A stretch of 36,240 bases of DNA from contig JBBRJI010000001.1 of the NCBI GenBank assembly GCA_038219625.1, forward strand, positions 1 to 36,240. Reading direction: 5' to 3'. Each line of letters starts with the position of its first letter. Position 1 is the first letter of the stretch. The stretch comes from Pirellulales bacterium (GTDB lineage Bacteria; Planctomycetota; Planctomycetia; Pirellulales; Pirellulaceae). This document shows, one piece after another, positions 27,467-36,240 of this stretch. The translations under genes and the position numbers were made by a program. The notes under the pieces are model-generated. The model did not search any database and was not told where the DNA came from. It saw only the letters and a list, made by a program, of their open reading frames with translations.

Positions 27467-28885
27467 TTACTTGGCGATCGCCGCTGGTGCTGCACTGACT
27501 TCTGCTTTGGGTTCCTTCTCAGCTCTTCGTCGCTCGGGTACCGCAGGAGTCACTTCGGTCATTCGATTGGGTTTGCCGGGTTGCTTTTCCAAAACAAATC
27601 CATCGTACAAGTCGCCGATAGCGGTACGTGATTCGTAATAGAGTTTGTCTCCGTCAATGCGTATAACCTGATACAACTGAGTATCTTCAGCGACGCGTTT
27701 CATAATCGTATTTGGCGAAAGGTTGTACATCTTTGGACCGCTTACGGAGACGACGTAGACAGTTCCAGTGAACGTGTCGACGTTTTTGACTCCGGTGGGA
27801 ACATTTCCAATCGTGTTTGGAATAGCAACTGGTGTGTCGAGTCCTGTCCGACCGTAGGTGTGGTCGTGACCCTGAAGTACGAGATCTACTCGATACTTAT
27901 CGAGAATTGGCTTCCAGAGATTGCGGAGCTTTTCGTTGTCGCGGTCTTTGGCGGTCGAAAAAATTGGGTGATGGAAATTGAGGACAACCCAGCGTTGTTT
28001 ATTCTTGCCGAGCACATTATCCAGCCAGGCTACCTGTTCCTCGAGCTTTTCGTTGCTGTTCATCGAAACAATCAACGTGTCCTGATACTGCAACGTGTAG
28101 CAAGTTTCCTCGAGCCCTTCTGGGCAATCTTGGGGTAGCGTAAACTGAGGTCGCCAGTGATGCGAAAGTCGACTCTTGCCACCCTCGCTTTTCTGCATCT
28201 CATGGTTTCCAACGCTCGGGACGCTTGGAATCATCGCATTGAGCCACGCACCCGCACCGAACCACTCACCCCATTCTCCGTCGGATTGTGCCGAATTGAT
28301 CAAGTCGCCAGCATGTATGATAAACTTGGCTTTTGGTGCATCGGAATGGGCTTCGCGAATGACTCGCGACCACATCGAGCGAAGATTGTTCTGAGCGTCT
28401 CCAAAGTAGATGAATGAAAAAGGTTCGGCTGAATCTTTTTCGGTCGAAAAATGGAACCACTCGCTCCAGTTAGTTTTATCTCCAACGCGATAAGCGTACT
28501 TGGTACCCGGCTTGAGTCCCTTGAATTGAACGCTGTGAAAATGCGCGGTGTTGATGTCGGTTTTGAGTGCCGTCGACGTTGCATGGACCGTTTCGGAAAG
28601 CACAGCGAAGTCAGGGCCGCCACCAGCGATTGCCAACTCAGCGTAACCATCGGTGACTTCGATGGAAGTTCGCCAAGTAACGGCTTGGGTGGTCTTTGGG
28701 TCGCCGGCCCAAGTGAGAATGATTCGGTCTGGAATAGGAGTCGGCTGGTACATCTCAGCCGGTTTGACAGCTCGAACCGCATGCGAATGCGGCTTGTCAT
28801 CATCATGAGCTGATAGTGTTTGGATGACGGAAAGATTGGAGACAATGAAAGTTGCAACAAGGTACTTGAATTTTTTTCGAAACAT
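27467..28885 (-). CDS. Secreted purple-acid-phosphatase-like metallophosphoesterase with N-terminal FN3-type domain
   Basis: Metal motifs FGDAQ, AGDLIN, GNHE, HHP and GHDHTY. N-domain PDRIILTW..VTWRT..HSVQFKGLKPGTKYAYRVG. Start MFRKKFKY. Confidence 0.9.
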   Translation of the reverse strand: MFRKKFKYLVATFIVSNLSVIQTLSAHDDDKPHSHAVRAVKPAEMYQPTPIPDRIILTWAGDPKTTQAVTWRTSIEVTDGYAELAIAGGGPDFAVLSETVHATSTALKTDINTAHFHSVQFKGLKPGTKYAYRVGDKTNWSEWFHFSTEKDSAEPFSFIYFGDAQNNLRSMWSRVIREAHSDAPKAKFIIHAGDLINSAQSDGEWGEWFGAGAWLNAMIPSVPSVGNHEMQKSEGGKSRLSHHWRPQFTLPQDCPEGLEETCYTLQYQDTLIVSMNSNEKLEEQVAWLDNVLGKNKQRWVVLNFHHPIFSTAKDRDNEKLRNLWKPILDKYRVDLVLQGHDHTYGRTGLDTPVAIPNTIGNVPTGVKNVDTFTGTVYVVSVSGPKMYNLSPNTIMKRVAEDTQLYQVIRIDGDKLYYESRTAIGDLYDGFVLEKQPGKPNRMTEVTPAVPERRRAEKEPKAEVSAAPAAIAK

Positions 28886-28964
28886 GGCATCACTTGAACC
28901 GAGATAGGCTGGATTCGTTGCATGGACATTGAGGCGACATGCAGAGGTCGCCAGCATGAGAGGA

Positions 28965-29008
28965 ATGCTATTCCTACGATGTTAAGAATGGATTAACGTC
29001 AGATTAAT
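28965..29008 (-). promoter_or_regulatory. Pho-box-like triple direct repeat with -10 element
   Basis: Minus strand reads ATTAATCT-gac-GTTAATCC-att-CTTAACAT (11-bp period; 29008-28979), then 8 nt, then TAGCAT (28970-28965), upstream of the phosphatase. Confidence 0.6.
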
Positions 29009-29049
29009 TTCCAGGCGAAGTTTTGCCACGACTAAGAATCAGTAGGGTT

Positions 29050-29072
29050 GTAGCCACGCTTGCCAAAGCGTG
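29050..29072 (+). repeat. Single GTAG-type REP-like palindrome (second GTAG family)
   Basis: GTAG-C-CACGCTT-GCCA-AAGCGTG. Confidence 0.6.
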
Positions 29073-29231
29073 AGGGAGCTGCAAATTACGACCTGCCAAT
29101 ACAATAGGCCATAAAGCTTGACCTGTTCATCTCGCAATCTTCATTCGTTCTGAATGATCCCGTGGGAGAACGTTCGAACTGAGCGTTTGCTCAGCGGTCT
29201 TATCCCATTAATCATGTTTTGGAATCCTAGA

Positions 29232-30296
29232 ATGAATCTCAGTCGACTTCGGCGTTCGGTAAGTGCTGCATTTACGCTTGTGGAGCTTTTGGTGGTGATT
29301 GCCATTATCGGCATACTCGTAGGTCTTCTTTTGCCTGCCGTTCAAGCGGCGAGAGAAGCAGCGAGAAGGATGTCCTGTGGCAACAACATGAAACAAATTG
29401 GCTTGGCATCCCTCAATCATGAAAGCTCGTACAAGCGATTGCCTCCAAGTCTTTTTGTTGATATCGGTCTGCCGCCGGGTGGTAGCGGTCAACCAGGTTC
29501 GCCGTATCCAGCGATTGTGCATTGCTGGAGCGTATACCTGTTACCGTTCATCGAGCAAAATAACGTTTACCAGGCCTACGATCAAAAATTCCCTTGGTTC
29601 TCTTCGCCAAGCCTTGTGCCAGGGACACCGAACAATCAAGCAGCACTGAAGACCATCGTACCTGCATTCATTTGCCCTTCGTCACCTGGTGGAGCAGAAC
29701 GAAGAATCAGTGGCACCTATTCATTCGGAGCCACATTCCCATTTCAAGACTTTGCTGCAACGGATTATGCAACATGCAGCTCGATCAATCCTAATTCGAT
29801 CACTTTCTTCGGTTACGCATCGGGAACATCGCAAAACGATCTCTTTAGCTCCCTCGGCCCAGAAGTAAAGGGCGCTGGTGCGGTGCCCGTGTTGGCGTTT
29901 CCACCACGACGAGCCAACACGATCGCCTTTGTTACCGATGGGACCAGCAACACCATCCTAATGTGCGAGTGCGCAGGTCGACCAGACTTTTACATCAACG
30001 GCAAAAAGAACACTTCAAAATATCTCAAAGACGGCGGTTGGGGACATCATGAAAATGACTACGGTCTCGATGGAGCAGTTTCTGGGACGACAACTTCTCC
30101 AGGCAATTGCGTAATCAATTGCCACAATGACAACGAAACATATGGATTCCACGCCGGTGGCGCTACGCACGGATTGACGGATGGTAGTGTACGCTTCCTC
30201 AGTTCGAGTATATCTCCTCAGACGTATGCAGCGTTGATTACCGCCAATGGTGGTGGAAGAACGCCAGCGGAAACATCCCCGAATTCCGACCAGTAA
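29232..30296 (+). CDS. DUF1559 (prepilin-type N-terminal cleavage, H-X9-DG) protein
   Basis: AFTLVELLVVIAIIGILVGLLLPAVQAAREAARRMSCGNNMKQIGLA, DGTSNT and FHAGGATHGLTDGSVRF. Start could be 29214. Confidence 0.93.
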   Translation: MNLSRLRRSVSAAFTLVELLVVIAIIGILVGLLLPAVQAAREAARRMSCGNNMKQIGLASLNHESSYKRLPPSLFVDIGLPPGGSGQPGSPYPAIVHCWSVYLLPFIEQNNVYQAYDQKFPWFSSPSLVPGTPNNQAALKTIVPAFICPSSPGGAERRISGTYSFGATFPFQDFAATDYATCSSINPNSITFFGYASGTSQNDLFSSLGPEVKGAGAVPVLAFPPRRANTIAFVTDGTSNTILMCECAGRPDFYINGKKNTSKYLKDGGWGHHENDYGLDGAVSGTTTSPGNCVINCHNDNETYGFHAGGATHGLTDGSVRFLSSSISPQTYAALITANGGGRTPAETSPNSDQ

Positions 30297-30336
30297 CCGA
30301 TTCGTCTCCGAAGTCTTTTGCAAGAGCTAAAACACC

Positions 30337-30774
30337 TTGAAATCCGCTTTACTGTCTACTGTTTTTTTTCTTTCGTTCGTTGTCGGATGCGGTTCGTCGG
30401 AACCAACCCCTGTGCCAACAAAAGGGGTTGTAAAGACCAAAAACGGACGTCCCTGCGACAACGCATTGGTTGTTTTTCATCCAATCGATCAGGGACATTT
30501 GAACGATCCGAAACCGGTTGCCACAACCAACACGGAAGGGGAATTTGTGTTAACTACCTTTTCTGGCAACGATGGGGCTCTTCCTGGTGAATACGCGGTA
30601 ACTGTGGTCTGGCCCGGGAAAGATCCCAAGGCCAGCAAAATTTCCGTGACAGGCGAAGGGGGATCTGTCGGTGCTGATCAACTGAAGGGCAAGTATGGAG
30701 ACCCGAGCAAGCCTTTATTGAGAGCAACGGTTGCAAAAGAGGGTGCGCCAGCACTAGCATTCGAAGTCGATTGA
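30337..30774 (+). CDS. Planctomycete lipoprotein (carboxypeptidase-regulatory-like fold), usual DUF1559 partner
   Basis: Lipobox VVGC. VVFHP, ATTNTEGEFVLTTF..DGALPGEYAVTV and KYGDP. Confidence 0.82.
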   Translation: MKSALLSTVFFLSFVVGCGSSEPTPVPTKGVVKTKNGRPCDNALVVFHPIDQGHLNDPKPVATTNTEGEFVLTTFSGNDGALPGEYAVTVVWPGKDPKASKISVTGEGGSVGADQLKGKYGDPSKPLLRATVAKEGAPALAFEVD

Positions 30775-30818
30775 GATTTTTGGCCCATTTTCAAAAGCAC
30801 CTGTTGGCTGCATCGAAA

Positions 30819-30873
30819 CTTTACCGAATTTGAACACGACCTAGGCATGTTCTCAATCAGTTCGACCTAAAAT
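30819..30873 (+). promoter_or_regulatory. Degenerate Pho-box-like repeats with -10 element
   Basis: CTTTACCG-aat-TTGAACAC-gac-CTAGGCAT-gtt-CTCAATCA (11-bp period), then 8 nt, then TAAAAT (30868-30873). Confidence 0.4.
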
Positions 30874-30956
30874 CGTTCCCCTGTAGCAGAAGCAGTGGAG
30901 CCAAGCGCAACTTGGATGACAAAGTATTTAGTCTTTTCGAAAGAGGTAATGAGACT

Positions 30957-33560
30957 ATGTTTAGAGCATTGATGAAGAGTGAATGGCTGTGCAAAACAAT
31001 GGCTTGCAGCTCGCTGTTGCTAATAGGATCAGCAAGTAATTTTAGTGTACAAGCGCAAGAGAAATCGGCAAGCGAAATCTCGCAAAGGGCCACGAATCGT
31101 TTCCCAGGTCCGACGAACAACGGCTACTTGCTTCCCAACGGCTGGCACATCACTCCGGTTGGCAGACAGATCGAAACAACAGACCTTCTTTTGAACATCC
31201 TTCCGATGAAAGACTCGAAACATGCTGTTATCGCGACGAGTGGGTTCAATGAGCACAACATCGCGTTGGTCAATATAGACACGGGTTCGTTCGTTTCCAA
31301 AGAAATGGCTTACCAAAGTTACTATGGACTCGCCTTGTCAGCGGACGAAAAGAAAGTTCTTTGGTCAGGCGGAGGTGCTGGTCGCCTGCATACGTTTGAC
31401 TTAGCGGACGACAAACTAACTCGCACGAGTGAGTCGGAGCAAAATCCTCGTTCGATGCGTAGAGAAGAAGCGACCGCATTAAGAGCCCAGTTGACGAAGG
31501 ACAAGTCTTTTCGGAGCGGACTCTGCCTTGATGAAGGCCGTCAATGCATTTACTCACTCAAAATTAACGCGGGCAAGCTGGCTGTGATTCCCAATGGTTC
31601 CGACGAGGTAAAGGAAATTGATTTGGGAGGACGACCCTATGATGTCCAGATGAGCCCGCGAAACGGTTTGCTTTATATCTCGGACTGGTCAGAGCGTCGC
31701 CTTACAATAGTCGATCCCGTTTCACTCCGCATGGTTGCGAGAATCCCTGTCGGCGAACACCCCAACCAAATTGCCTTTCATCCGACGGATGATCGTCTCT
31801 TTGTGGCGTGCGCATCGTCCAACGGCGTTTGGGTCGTCGACACCAAACGAGGCACTGTGACGGAGACAATTTTTACCGGACTCTTCCCTCGTTCACCCGA
31901 AGGAAGCACTCCCGATGCGTTGGCATTATCTCCCGATGGAGAAACACTCTTCGTCGCAAATGCGGACAACAATTGCATCGCGGTAGTCGAAGTCGAGCAT
32001 CCCAATCGCAGCAAGGTCAAGGGATTCATCCCAACCGGTTGGTATCCTACGGCAGTCGCCGTCACACCGGACGGAAGGAATTTGTTGGTCGGAGTTGGCA
32101 AAGGAAACCAATCCAAGGCAAACCCTATTCCGAAAGTCGAAGTCCCCGATTCGAAGCTGACCGAAACGGAACAAGTCGTTAAAAAACTTCAGCCATTCCC
32201 ATACATTGGAACCAACATGAGCGGTGCTCTTTCAATCGTTCCGATTCCAGACGATACAACCCTTAAAACATACACGCAACAAGTTTATCAGAATTGCCCT
32301 TATTCCGATGATTTGCTAACTACAGTTCCAAACGCAGTTCCAACTGCCATTCCAACGAAGGTAGGTGCGCCAAGCCCGATCAAATATGTGATCTATGTGA
32401 TTAAGGAAAATCGAACCTACGATCAAGTTTTGGGCGACTTAGCAACGGGCGACAAGCCAAAAGGGAACGGCGACCCAAGCTTGTGCATGTTCCCACGCAA
32501 CGTTACGCCCAACCACCATAAACTTGCTGAACAATTCGTGCTGCTGGACAACATGTATTGCAACGGCCAAGTGAGTCGCGACGGTCACCCATGGAGCACA
32601 ATGGCGTACAACACCGACTACATTTCACGAGACTGGCACCTGACTTATTCACAAAGATTGGGGGTCGATGACGATGACGAAGGCGACTTGTCCAATGCGC
32701 CATCGGGTTATTTGTGGGATGCGTGCATGCGTGCAGGGGTCAGCTATCGGAACTACAAAGAATACGGCAGTCGCGTATCGGATGATGCAGGCAATACCAA
32801 AATGGAGGGCAGGGTACCCGGGCTTGTTGGCCACATGTGCCCTAATTTCGGAATCGGCAAGGGGCGCGAACGAGACATGGACTTGATCGAGGTCATGCTG
32901 ACCGAATATCGACAGTTCATTCAAGACAAAAACATGCCCAAGTTCATCATGATGAGTCTTGGCGAAGATCACACCGACGGTACGCGACCGGGTTCATTTA
33001 CGCCCCAAGCGTGCGTTGGCAGCAATGATGTCGCGTTGGGAAAGCTCGTCGATGCGGTAACCCATGGTCCTCTTTGGGCAGAAACCACGATCTTTGTAAT
33101 CGAAGATGATGCGCAAAACGGACCAGATCACGTTGACGCTCATCGTACCGTCAGCCTTGTAATTAGTCCCTACGCGAAGCGATCGTTCGTTGACAGCACT
33201 CAGTACAGTACCGTAAGTATGATCCGAACCATGGAACTCATACTCGGACTTGAGCCCTTGTCGCAATACGACGCGGCGGCCCGCCCGATGTTCAATAGCT
33301 TTACCAACGTCGCCGATTTGACTCCATACGATCTTGAAAAGGCACAAATCAATCTTGAGGTCAAGAACGATGCCTTAGCGTACGGTGCAGACCGATCCAT
33401 GATGATGGATTTTACCGAATACGATCGGATCGATGACTTCGAATTGAATGAAATTCTTTGGCGATCCATCATGGGACTAGATGCGCCGTTGCCGCCGGCG
33501 GTTCGTCGTGCAATCGCATTCCGATCCTCAACACCAAAGCCTGGCGACACAACACCATGA
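30957..33560 (+). CDS. Secreted YVTN/YncE beta-propeller + phosphoesterase (alkaline-phosphatase superfamily) protein
   Basis: Propeller repeats ([41 protein letters not shown]). Phosphoesterase motifs [20 protein letters not shown] and [20 protein letters not shown] Shine-Dalgarno. Confidence 0.88.
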   Translation: MFRALMKSEWLCKTMACSSLLLIGSASNFSVQAQEKSASEISQRATNRFPGPTNNGYLLPNGWHITPVGRQIETTDLLLNILPMKDSKHAVIATSGFNEHNIALVNIDTGSFVSKEMAYQSYYGLALSADEKKVLWSGGGAGRLHTFDLADDKLTRTSESEQNPRSMRREEATALRAQLTKDKSFRSGLCLDEGRQCIYSLKINAGKLAVIPNGSDEVKEIDLGGRPYDVQMSPRNGLLYISDWSERRLTIVDPVSLRMVARIPVGEHPNQIAFHPTDDRLFVACASSNGVWVVDTKRGTVTETIFTGLFPRSPEGSTPDALALSPDGETLFVANADNNCIAVVEVEHPNRSKVKGFIPTGWYPTAVAVTPDGRNLLVGVGKGNQSKANPIPKVEVPDSKLTETEQVVKKLQPFPYIGTNMSGALSIVPIPDDTTLKTYTQQVYQNCPYSDDLLTTVPNAVPTAIPTKVGAPSPIKYVIYVIKENRTYDQVLGDLATGDKPKGNGDPSLCMFPRNVTPNHHKLAEQFVLLDNMYCNGQVSRDGHPWSTMAYNTDYISRDWHLTYSQRLGVDDDDEGDLSNAPSGYLWDACMRAGVSYRNYKEYGSRVSDDAGNTKMEGRVPGLVGHMCPNFGIGKGRERDMDLIEVMLTEYRQFIQDKNMPKFIMMSLGEDHTDGTRPGSFTPQACVGSNDVALGKLVDAVTHGPLWAETTIFVIEDDAQNGPDHVDAHRTVSLVISPYAKRSFVDSTQYSTVSMIRTMELILGLEPLSQYDAAARPMFNSFTNVADLTPYDLEKAQINLEVKNDALAYGADRSMMMDFTEYDRIDDFELNEILWRSIMGLDAPLPPAVRRAIAFRSSTPKPGDTTP

Positions 33561-33603
33561 TGGCACTTCTCAGTTGCCTCGTTCAAATAGGAAACATGAG
33601 TTC

Positions 33604-34938
33604 GTGATTTTAGAGAACCCTTCGGCCAAGTTGTTTGTTGTCGACACCAACGTTATTCTGCATGACGCGGAGTGCATTCTCCGGTTCCAGGAAAACGACA
33701 TTGCGATCCCGATTACGGTTCTTGAGGAACTGGATCATTTCAAAAAAGGAAATGATGACATCCATTTTCAAGCGCGAGCCTTCCTGAGAAGGCTCGACGA
33801 TCTGGCAGGCAATGTACTTTCACCCAACGGAGCCTCATTAGGCAACGGACTCGGTTCCATTCGCATTGTGTTAGGGGATGAACCAGATCCACGGTTGGGT
33901 AAGGCCTTCCTTGTGGACACCCCGGATCATCGCATTTTGGGGGTAGCCCTGATGCTCCAAAAACAGGAGTCCGATCGGCCAGTCGTTCTTGTTTCGAAAG
34001 ACACGAACTTGAGACTCAAAGCCAAGTCCTTTGGAGTTACCGCGCAAGACTACAACAACGACAAGGTCGAGAGTTTTGAAAAAATCTATACAGGCAAGCG
34101 ATTGATCAATGATCTTCCGGATGACTTATTTGCCCTCTTTGCGGAAAACGGTGGTCATGTCTCGGCAAGCCTTGTGCCAGGTATCCGGGCTCCCATTGCA
34201 AACGAGAATTTCATTCTGCGAAACTACAATCGCTCGATCCTTGTTACCTATGATGGCAGAGACAAATCGTTCAGGCGAATCGATCGGATTTCTGCGGCAG
34301 GGGTACACCCACGGAATGCGGAACAGTCATTTGCATTGCGAGCCCTGCTGGATGACCAACTTAAACTGGTCACGCTGACTGGAAAGGCGGGCTCAGGCAA
34401 AACGCTGCTTGCTCTTGCGGCGGCAATCGAAAGTCGATCGCATTTTAGTCAGACATTGCTTGCAAGACCCGCGGTTCCACTAAGCAACCGTGACCTTGGT
34501 TATTTGCCAGGAGACATTGATGCAAAACTGGATCCGTACATGCAACCCCTTTATGACAACCTAGCCGTCATGAACAATTCGTCCGGAAACGGAAATACTG
34601 CAAACCGAAATCGGGAATTCCTTCAATCGAATCAAGTCGAGGTGACGCCACTTGCGTACATACGCGGCCGAAGTCTACAACGTGTGTTCTTCATCGTGGA
34701 CGAAGCCCAAAACTTAACGCCCCACGAAATCAAGACTGTAATCACTCGTGCAGGAGAAGGTACCAAGATCGTTTTTACTGGCGATATACAGCAGATCGAT
34801 CACCCGTATCTCGACTCGCTTTCGAATGGATTGAGCTACTTGATCCACCGAATGGTCGGCCAGCCAATTTTCAGCCATATTGCACTGGAGAAAGGCGAAC
34901 GATCCGTGCTTGCTGAACTTGCAAGCAATCTGCTCTAG
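33604..34938 (+). CDS. PIN-PhoH family protein (PhoH2/YlaK-like)
   Basis: PIN motifs [27 protein letters not shown]. PhoH ATPase motifs [38 protein letters not shown] and GDIQQID. GTG start is inferred. Confidence 0.9.
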   Translation: MILENPSAKLFVVDTNVILHDAECILRFQENDIAIPITVLEELDHFKKGNDDIHFQARAFLRRLDDLAGNVLSPNGASLGNGLGSIRIVLGDEPDPRLGKAFLVDTPDHRILGVALMLQKQESDRPVVLVSKDTNLRLKAKSFGVTAQDYNNDKVESFEKIYTGKRLINDLPDDLFALFAENGGHVSASLVPGIRAPIANENFILRNYNRSILVTYDGRDKSFRRIDRISAAGVHPRNAEQSFALRALLDDQLKLVTLTGKAGSGKTLLALAAAIESRSHFSQTLLARPAVPLSNRDLGYLPGDIDAKLDPYMQPLYDNLAVMNNSSGNGNTANRNREFLQSNQVEVTPLAYIRGRSLQRVFFIVDEAQNLTPHEIKTVITRAGEGTKIVFTGDIQQIDHPYLDSLSNGLSYLIHRMVGQPIFSHIALEKGERSVLAELASNLL

Positions 34939-35041
34939 CGATGGAGGTCATTCTTTTGAGAGACCGTGCGTTCGAATGCCACTCGCCTTCGGCCAAGATC
35001 AAACGAAGCACCCTGCGACCGGAAAAAAAGATTTCTGTCGA

Positions 35042-35090
35042 TTGACTGCGCGTGTAGTCATCCGGTATACTATGACTACACGAGTCGTCA
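35042..35090 (+). promoter_or_regulatory. Sigma70 promoter with two BlaI/MecI/CopY-type operators
   Basis: TTGACT (35042-35047), 18 bp, TATACT (35066-35071). Operators TGACTGCGCGTGTAGTCA (35043-35060) and TGACTACACGAGTCGTCA (35073-35090) fit the TACA-NN-TGTA core. Confidence 0.8.
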
Positions 35091-35119
35091 AAAACCGCAG
35101 TCCGCCGGAGCGAGATAAC

Positions 35120-35518
35120 ATGCCTGACCCCAAGGCCTCACTTGGTTCTACCGAAATCGAAATCCTGCGTTATATGGGCGAGCAGGGTCCGTTGAGCGTC
35201 GGCGATGTGGCTGACCATTTCGCCGAGACTTCGGGGCAAGCCCGCACGACGATTCTCACCATCATGGAACGTCTGCGAAAAAAGGGCTATTTGACGCGCA
35301 AGCAGATGAAGGGCGTGTTTCGTTATTCACCTAAGGTTTCTCAGCAATCGCTATTGAAAGGTCTCGTCAAGCGGTTTGTGGATACGACACTCGCGGGTTC
35401 CGTGTCTCCCTTTGTAGCCTATCTCTCCGAGGGAGGCCCAGTATCGGAGCAGGATCTACAGCAGCTTAAGCAACTGGTTGAGGATCTCGAACAATTTCGG
35501 AAGGGTGGTGACGAATGA
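35120..35518 (+). CDS. BlaI/MecI/CopY family transcriptional repressor
   Basis: LGSTEIEILRYM..LSVGDV..ARTTILTIMERLRKKGYLTR..FRYSP. Its stop overlaps the ATG of the M56 gene. Confidence 0.9.
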   Translation: MPDPKASLGSTEIEILRYMGEQGPLSVGDVADHFAETSGQARTTILTIMERLRKKGYLTRKQMKGVFRYSPKVSQQSLLKGLVKRFVDTTLAGSVSPFVAYLSEGGPVSEQDLQQLKQLVEDLEQFRKGGDE

Positions 35519-36240
35519 GTGACTTCGCCAACCTACTGGCTGTCTGGGGATCGGCGATGTGGCGCGCCAGTTGGCAGGGCGGGCTGTTGGCGCTGGCCGT
35601 GTGGTGCGTCTGCCAACTAGTGCCGGCGTTGCCTGCGAGGTTTCAATGCTGGCTTTGGCGGCTCGTGATGCTGAAGTTTTTGGTCGCGCTGTTGTGGTCA
35701 GTCCCAATCGAATTGCCGCTTCTTCCCGCGGCCGAACCGGTAGCGTGGACGGCGACCGAGCAAGTAATGTTTAATCCACTGCCGTTGGACGGCGCGAGCG
35801 CGGTGCCACAAGAGCCGCTCCGCTTCGTCAGTCCGCTGTCGCTTCTATTCGCCGCTTGGGTCGGCGTAGTCCTGTGGCAATGGGTTCGAATCGTCGCCGC
35901 GTGTCGCCAAGCCTGTTGGCTTAGTAGCGGCTGCCGCGCAAGCGAAGAACTAGATCTTCTTGAGCCGCTGGGAAGATTCAGCAAGTTGGTCGGCCTCGCG
36001 ACGCCGCCACGGCTGCTTCAATCAGATGGCTCTGGCAGCCCACTGTTAGTCGGCATACTGTGGCCCGCCATTGTGCTTCCCACGACGACGTTGAAGCACC
36101 TAGATACCGCCGAACGCGAACTAGTAATCGGGCACGAAATTGCCCATGTGAAGCGGCGCGATCTGCTTAGCGGACTCGTGGCTGCGGTGATTCGCGCGCT
36201 GTTTTTCTTTCACCCGCTGGTCTGGCTCAGTGAGCGGCAG
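35515..36240 (+). CDS. BlaR1-like M56 family metallopeptidase, 3'-truncated by the window
   Basis: Not in the ORF track because it has no stop in the window. Open frame MSDFANLLAVWG.. with TM helices, SPLLVGILWPAIVLP, GHEIAHVKRRD (HExxH) and FFHPLVW. Confidence 0.9.
   Translation, partial: MSDFANLLAVWGSAMWRASWQGGLLALAVWCVCQLVPALPARFQCWLWRLVMLKFLVALLWSVPIELPLLPAAEPVAWTATEQVMFNPLPLDGASAVPQEPLRFVSPLSLLFAAWVGVVLWQWVRIVAACRQACWLSSGCRASEELDLLEPLGRFSKLVGLATPPRLLQSDGSGSPLLVGILWPAIVLPTTTLKHLDTAERELVIGHEIAHVKRRDLLSGLVAAVIRALFFFHPLVWLSERQ

Noticed and set aside
29117-29157. Pho-box-like units upstream of the DUF1559 gene (CTTGACCT, CTTCATTC, CTGAATGA at 11-bp multiples)
   Set aside because: One unit is missing and there is no TAnnnT at the 8-nt spacing, so it is too weak to call.
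13681-34938. Toxin-antitoxin or defence system suggested by two PIN-domain genes
   Set aside because: Both are conserved fused architectures (PIN-TRAM, PIN-PhoH) with no adjacent antitoxin-like ORF, and they are 19 kb apart.
343-35984. Many short overlapping/antisense ORFs in the six-frame track (e.g. 1360..1923, 11863..12477, 18836..19435, 28300..28929)
   Set aside because: They lie on or opposite well-supported genes and show no recognisable motifs, so they are treated as shadow ORFs.

Overview
Bacterial chromosomal window, very likely from a planctomycete (Pirellulaceae-like). This rests on family content: DUF1559, DUF1501, DUF1549/DUF1553, a planctomycete cytochrome c-WD40 protein, and GTAG/GTGG REP-like palindromes. 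Left to right it holds: a 5'-truncated S8 protease; a uxaE / aldo-keto reductase / Zn-dehydrogenase sugar-acid operon; a divergent GH32 plus esterase; a REC-anti-sigma / Hpt / hybrid-kinase phosphorelay; a PIN-TRAM gene; infC with a probable AUC start; tRNA-Lys(CTT) followed by a dead tyrosine integrase and spliced gene fragments; a ~17 kb divergent cluster; and a BlaI/BlaR1(M56) pair with clear operators. The ~17 kb cluster places the uncharacterised DUF1501-PPC-DUF1549/1553-cytochrome/WD40 module with a purple-acid-type phosphatase, a DUF1559/lipoprotein pair, a propeller-phosphoesterase and PIN-PhoH. Three of its promoters show 11-bp-period Pho-box-like repeats with the same -10 geometry. 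Two ~120 bp MITE-like elements, each with a target duplication, terminal inverted repeats and an internal REP doublet, were found by eye. One of them sits in frame inside a gene. All calls come from motif recognition; no database searches were run.
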